From positions 1,760,001-1,824,000 of the forward strand of contig OY821641.1 of the NCBI GenBank assembly GCA_963555995.3: a stretch of 64,000 bases of DNA, read 5' to 3'. Below the pieces are notes generated by a model. The model was not told the origin of the DNA. It was given only the letters and a program-made list of their open reading frames with translations, and made no database searches. Position 1 is the stretch's first letter. Each line of letters begins with the position of its first letter. The stretch is from Vicinamibacteria bacterium (GTDB lineage: Bacteria; Acidobacteriota; Vicinamibacteria; Marinacidobacterales; Marinacidobacteraceae). The position numbers were made by a program, and so were the translations under genes. Positions 61,377 through 64,000 of this stretch are shown piece after piece.

Positions 61377-64000
61377 ATGGGGAACTCGACCGCGCCGCCG
61401 TCCCGGAGCGTCCGCGTCCGTCGGTTCCGTGACTGGCGGGGGCTGCGCTCCCACCTCGCCGAGGAGGCGCGGCGGGACGCGGGGGGGCTGCTCCTGCTCA
61501 CCGCGACCGACGGCGCGCGCGCCGCGCTCGAGGACGCCGTCCGGCGGCGGCTGCTCGCGGGTCGCGGGGACGCGGCGCGGCTTCCGGCGGTGCGCACCCC
61601 GGCGCTCGCGGTGGCCGACCTCCTCCAGCGCAGCGACCCGCCGGGAACGCTCGCCACCCCGCTGGCGCGCTCGCTGATGATGGAGAACGCGCTGCTCGCG
61701 CACCAGCACGCGGACGGCGCGCCGCGGGGGAATCCGCTGCGGCTCGCCGGACCGCTGCTCGGGTTCCTCGACGAGCAGGCGCGCGACCGCAGGGTGGAAC
61801 CGGGCCGCCCGGCGTTCGGGGCGCTGCTCCGGCGCGCGGCGCGGACCTTCGGCGAACACCGGGAGGCGGACGCCGGCGCCGAACGCCTGTCCCGGCTCAC
61901 CGGCTGGCTGGAAGCGGTCCACGCGAGCTACCTCGAGCAGTTGCGGGCCTCCGGCGCGCTGGACCTCGACCGGGCGCGCCGCCGCCTCCTCGACGCGCCC
62001 CCGGAGTCGCCGTGGTCGGAGGTCCGGGCGGTCGGCGACCAGGCCACCGGGCTCGCCGACAACCACCTCTTCGGGAGCCTGCTCCCGGCCGGGCGGCTCC
62101 ACTTCCTCCTCCTCGAGGACGACCCGACCCCGGAGCTTCCCGACGGATGGACCGCCGCCGAGGAAACCGCCGCGCCGGCGGCGACAGCCGGGTCACCGAC
62201 GCTGTTCGTACCCGCCGCGCCCGAACCCGACGAGCCGTTCCTGTTCCGCCGCACCGACCGCGCCGGGGAAGCCCAGGCCGCGGTGGCGCTGCTGCGGCGC
62301 TACCACCAGCGGTCGGGGCTGGGCTTCGCCGGCTTCGACCGCTGCGCCGTCGCCGCCCGGAACCCGGCCGCCGTCGTGGAGGCGCTCGCCGCGCGCCTGA
62401 CCGAGGCGGGCGTCCCCTTCCAGACGCGGGTCCGCCCCTCGCTCGCCGAGGAGCCGTGGCCCGCCGGCCTCGACGACGCCCTCGCCTTCGCGGAGCGCCC
62501 CGGCCGCCTCTCGACCGGCATGGCGCTGCTGCGGAGCCCGTTCTTCCGGGACGACCGGCTCCCGCTGCCGCCGGGCCGGCTCGCGGACCTCGCGGAGTCC
62601 CGCCTCGCCGAGGCGGACATCCCGAACACCCACGACCCCGACGGCCTCGAAGCGCTGGCGGGAACGGTGCGGCGGCTCGCGGACGACCGCCTCGCCGAGG
62701 CCCGCCGGAAGGCGGCGGACGGCGCCGACGAGGGGGGCGCCCGCCGCGAGGAACGGGCGGGCCGGGAACTCGGGCTGGCGGCCGATGCGGTGGCGCGCTT
62801 CGCCGCCTACGCCCGCGCGCTCGCCCCGATCCGGGACGGCGCCACGCCTTTCCGGACCGCGGTGCGGGCGTTTGCCGCGTTCGTCACCGACCACTTCGCG
62901 GAGGCCCCGGACGACCGGGCGCTCGAAGCGCTCCGCCAGGCGGCGGACCCGGCGCTCCCGGACACCCCGGTCGGGGACCCGGCGCGCTTCCGCGACCGGG
63001 TCCGCCGACAGCTCCGCCGCCAGGAGGCGACCCGCTACCCGGGCCGCTCCGGGGTCCACCTCATCGCCGCCGAGGACGCCCCGTTCGGCGACTACGACTG
63101 CCTGCTGCTGCTCGGCGTCGGCGACGCCGACTGGCCCGGCCCCCGCCCCGGCAACATCTTCTTCCCGACCCGCGTCCTGGAACCCGCCACCCGGCGGCGC
63201 TTCGCGGACGCCCGCGGCCGCGAGGCGCGCCTCCTCGGTTCCTTCGCCGGACTGGCGGGCGAGGCGGCCGGATTCACCCGCGCCGAACTGGAGGACGGGT
63301 TCCCGGCGGGGGCGTCACCCCTCGCCTCCGTCCTCGGCTCGAAGCTGGAAACGGTCCCGGAACCGGTCCCGGTCGCGCTTGCGGAGGACTCCGCCGCCAG
63401 CGCGGCCGCCCCCCTGCCCGCGCGCCTCGCCCGCGCCGCGCCGGGCGCGGTGGATCTCGCGGCCCGCCCCCTGTCCCCGTCGGCGCTCGTCCTCTACGCC
63501 CGGAACCCCGCGCAGTACTTCCTCGAACGGGTGCTGCGCCTCCAGCGGGAAGAAGCGCTCACCGACACCGGGTCGCGGACCGCGCGCGGCAGCCGGCTGC
63601 ACCGGCTGATGGAGGAAGCGGTCCCGGCCTTCGCCCGCGAGCACGGCCCGCTCGCGGAAGACAACCTCGACGCCGCCCTCGCCTTCTTCCGCGACCGCTG
63701 GCGGACGCCCAACGACCCGGCGCTGACTCCGGAGGTGCGCGCGGCGGAGGAGCTCTGGCTCTTCGGCGGCGACTCGCATCCGGGGGCGCTCGAATGGTTC
63801 CTCCGCGAGGAAGCCAGCCGGGGTCCGAGCACCCCCATCCACCACGAGACGATGCTGGAGGGAACGGTGGAGCCCGCCAACGACCACCGGCCCCCGCTCC
63901 GCGTCCGGGGGTACGTGGACCGGGTGGACGAGGGGCCGGACGGCGGGCTCCGGGTCATGGAATACAAGTCGGGCTCCTCCGCCGGCCGCGACGAGGCCTT
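61377..64000 (+). CDS. AddB/RexB-like protein with C-terminal PD-(D/E)xK nuclease (truncated by window end)
   Basis: Manual reading in frame from ATG 61377 (or 61362): LSPSALVLYARNPAQYFLERVLRL, RGSRLHRLME, RGYVDRVD...VMEYKSG; missing from ORF track because no stop is in the window. Confidence 0.8.
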   Translation, partial: MGNSTAPPSRSVRVRRFRDWRGLRSHLAEEARRDAGGLLLLTATDGARAALEDAVRRRLLAGRGDAARLPAVRTPALAVADLLQRSDPPGTLATPLARSLMMENALLAHQHADGAPRGNPLRLAGPLLGFLDEQARDRRVEPGRPAFGALLRRAARTFGEHREADAGAERLSRLTGWLEAVHASYLEQLRASGALDLDRARRRLLDAPPESPWSEVRAVGDQATGLADNHLFGSLLPAGRLHFLLLEDDPTPELPDGWTAAEETAAPAATAGSPTLFVPAAPEPDEPFLFRRTDRAGEAQAAVALLRRYHQRSGLGFAGFDRCAVAARNPAAVVEALAARLTEAGVPFQTRVRPSLAEEPWPAGLDDALAFAERPGRLSTGMALLRSPFFRDDRLPLPPGRLADLAESRLAEADIPNTHDPDGLEALAGTVRRLADDRLAEARRKAADGADEGGARREERAGRELGLAADAVARFAAYARALAPIRDGATPFRTAVRAFAAFVTDHFAEAPDDRALEALRQAADPALPDTPVGDPARFRDRVRRQLRRQEATRYPGRSGVHLIAAEDAPFGDYDCLLLLGVGDADWPGPRPGNIFFPTRVLEPATRRRFADARGREARLLGSFAGLAGEAAGFTRAELEDGFPAGASPLASVLGSKLETVPEPVPVALAEDSAASAAAPLPARLARAAPGAVDLAARPLSPSALVLYARNPAQYFLERVLRLQREEALTDTGSRTARGSRLHRLMEEAVPAFAREHGPLAEDNLDAALAFFRDRWRTPNDPALTPEVRAAEELWLFGGDSHPGALEWFLREEASRGPSTPIHHETMLEGTVEPANDHRPPLRVRGYVDRVDEGPDGGLRVMEYKSGSSAGRDEA

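Overview
Very GC-rich bacterial chromosome segment, gene content most consistent with Acidobacteriota; the accessory content (LCCCW proteusin cluster, duplicated NHL-repeat lipoproteins) suggests a marine-sponge symbiont, which is an inference. Left to right: tatC/tatA, ubiE/menG, a type IV pilus region (minor pilins, vWA-PilY1, pilD, ABC pair, pilA, pilC, pilT; no pilB), a ~12.7 kb RiPP island (15612-28289), pyrG/kdsC/coaE/folD/thiE/accC/accB, pilMNOPQ, tag/leuD/leuC/short leuA, an M50 protease, namZ, ilvE, orphan hicB, a HupE/UreJ protein, two NHL paralogs split by a triple tandem MITE, a GH3-serine hydrolase fusion, an orphan DNA methyltransferase, small membrane proteins and a truncated AddB-like nuclease. 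The standout is the RiPP island. It encodes an NHLP (proteusin) precursor with core LCCCW, a fused YcaO cyclodehydratase, a Trp-halogenase-like enzyme and an NHLP export system, which matches the sponge-microbiome srp cluster type as I recall it. It also encodes a protein in which an NHLP leader is fused to a monodomain class II terpene-cyclase-like domain, plus a candidate prenyltransferase, pointing to a halogenated, thiazoline-containing, cyclised-terpenyl peptide. Non-coding highlights: a ~60 bp element shared upstream of two pil operons, a ~181 bp TA/CTAG-targeting MITE family, REPIN-like elements (one apparently inside a CDS) and iterated 12-mers beside a wHTH gene. No rRNA, tRNA or CRISPR array was recognised. 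Many start codons were re-called by eye from the ORF track.
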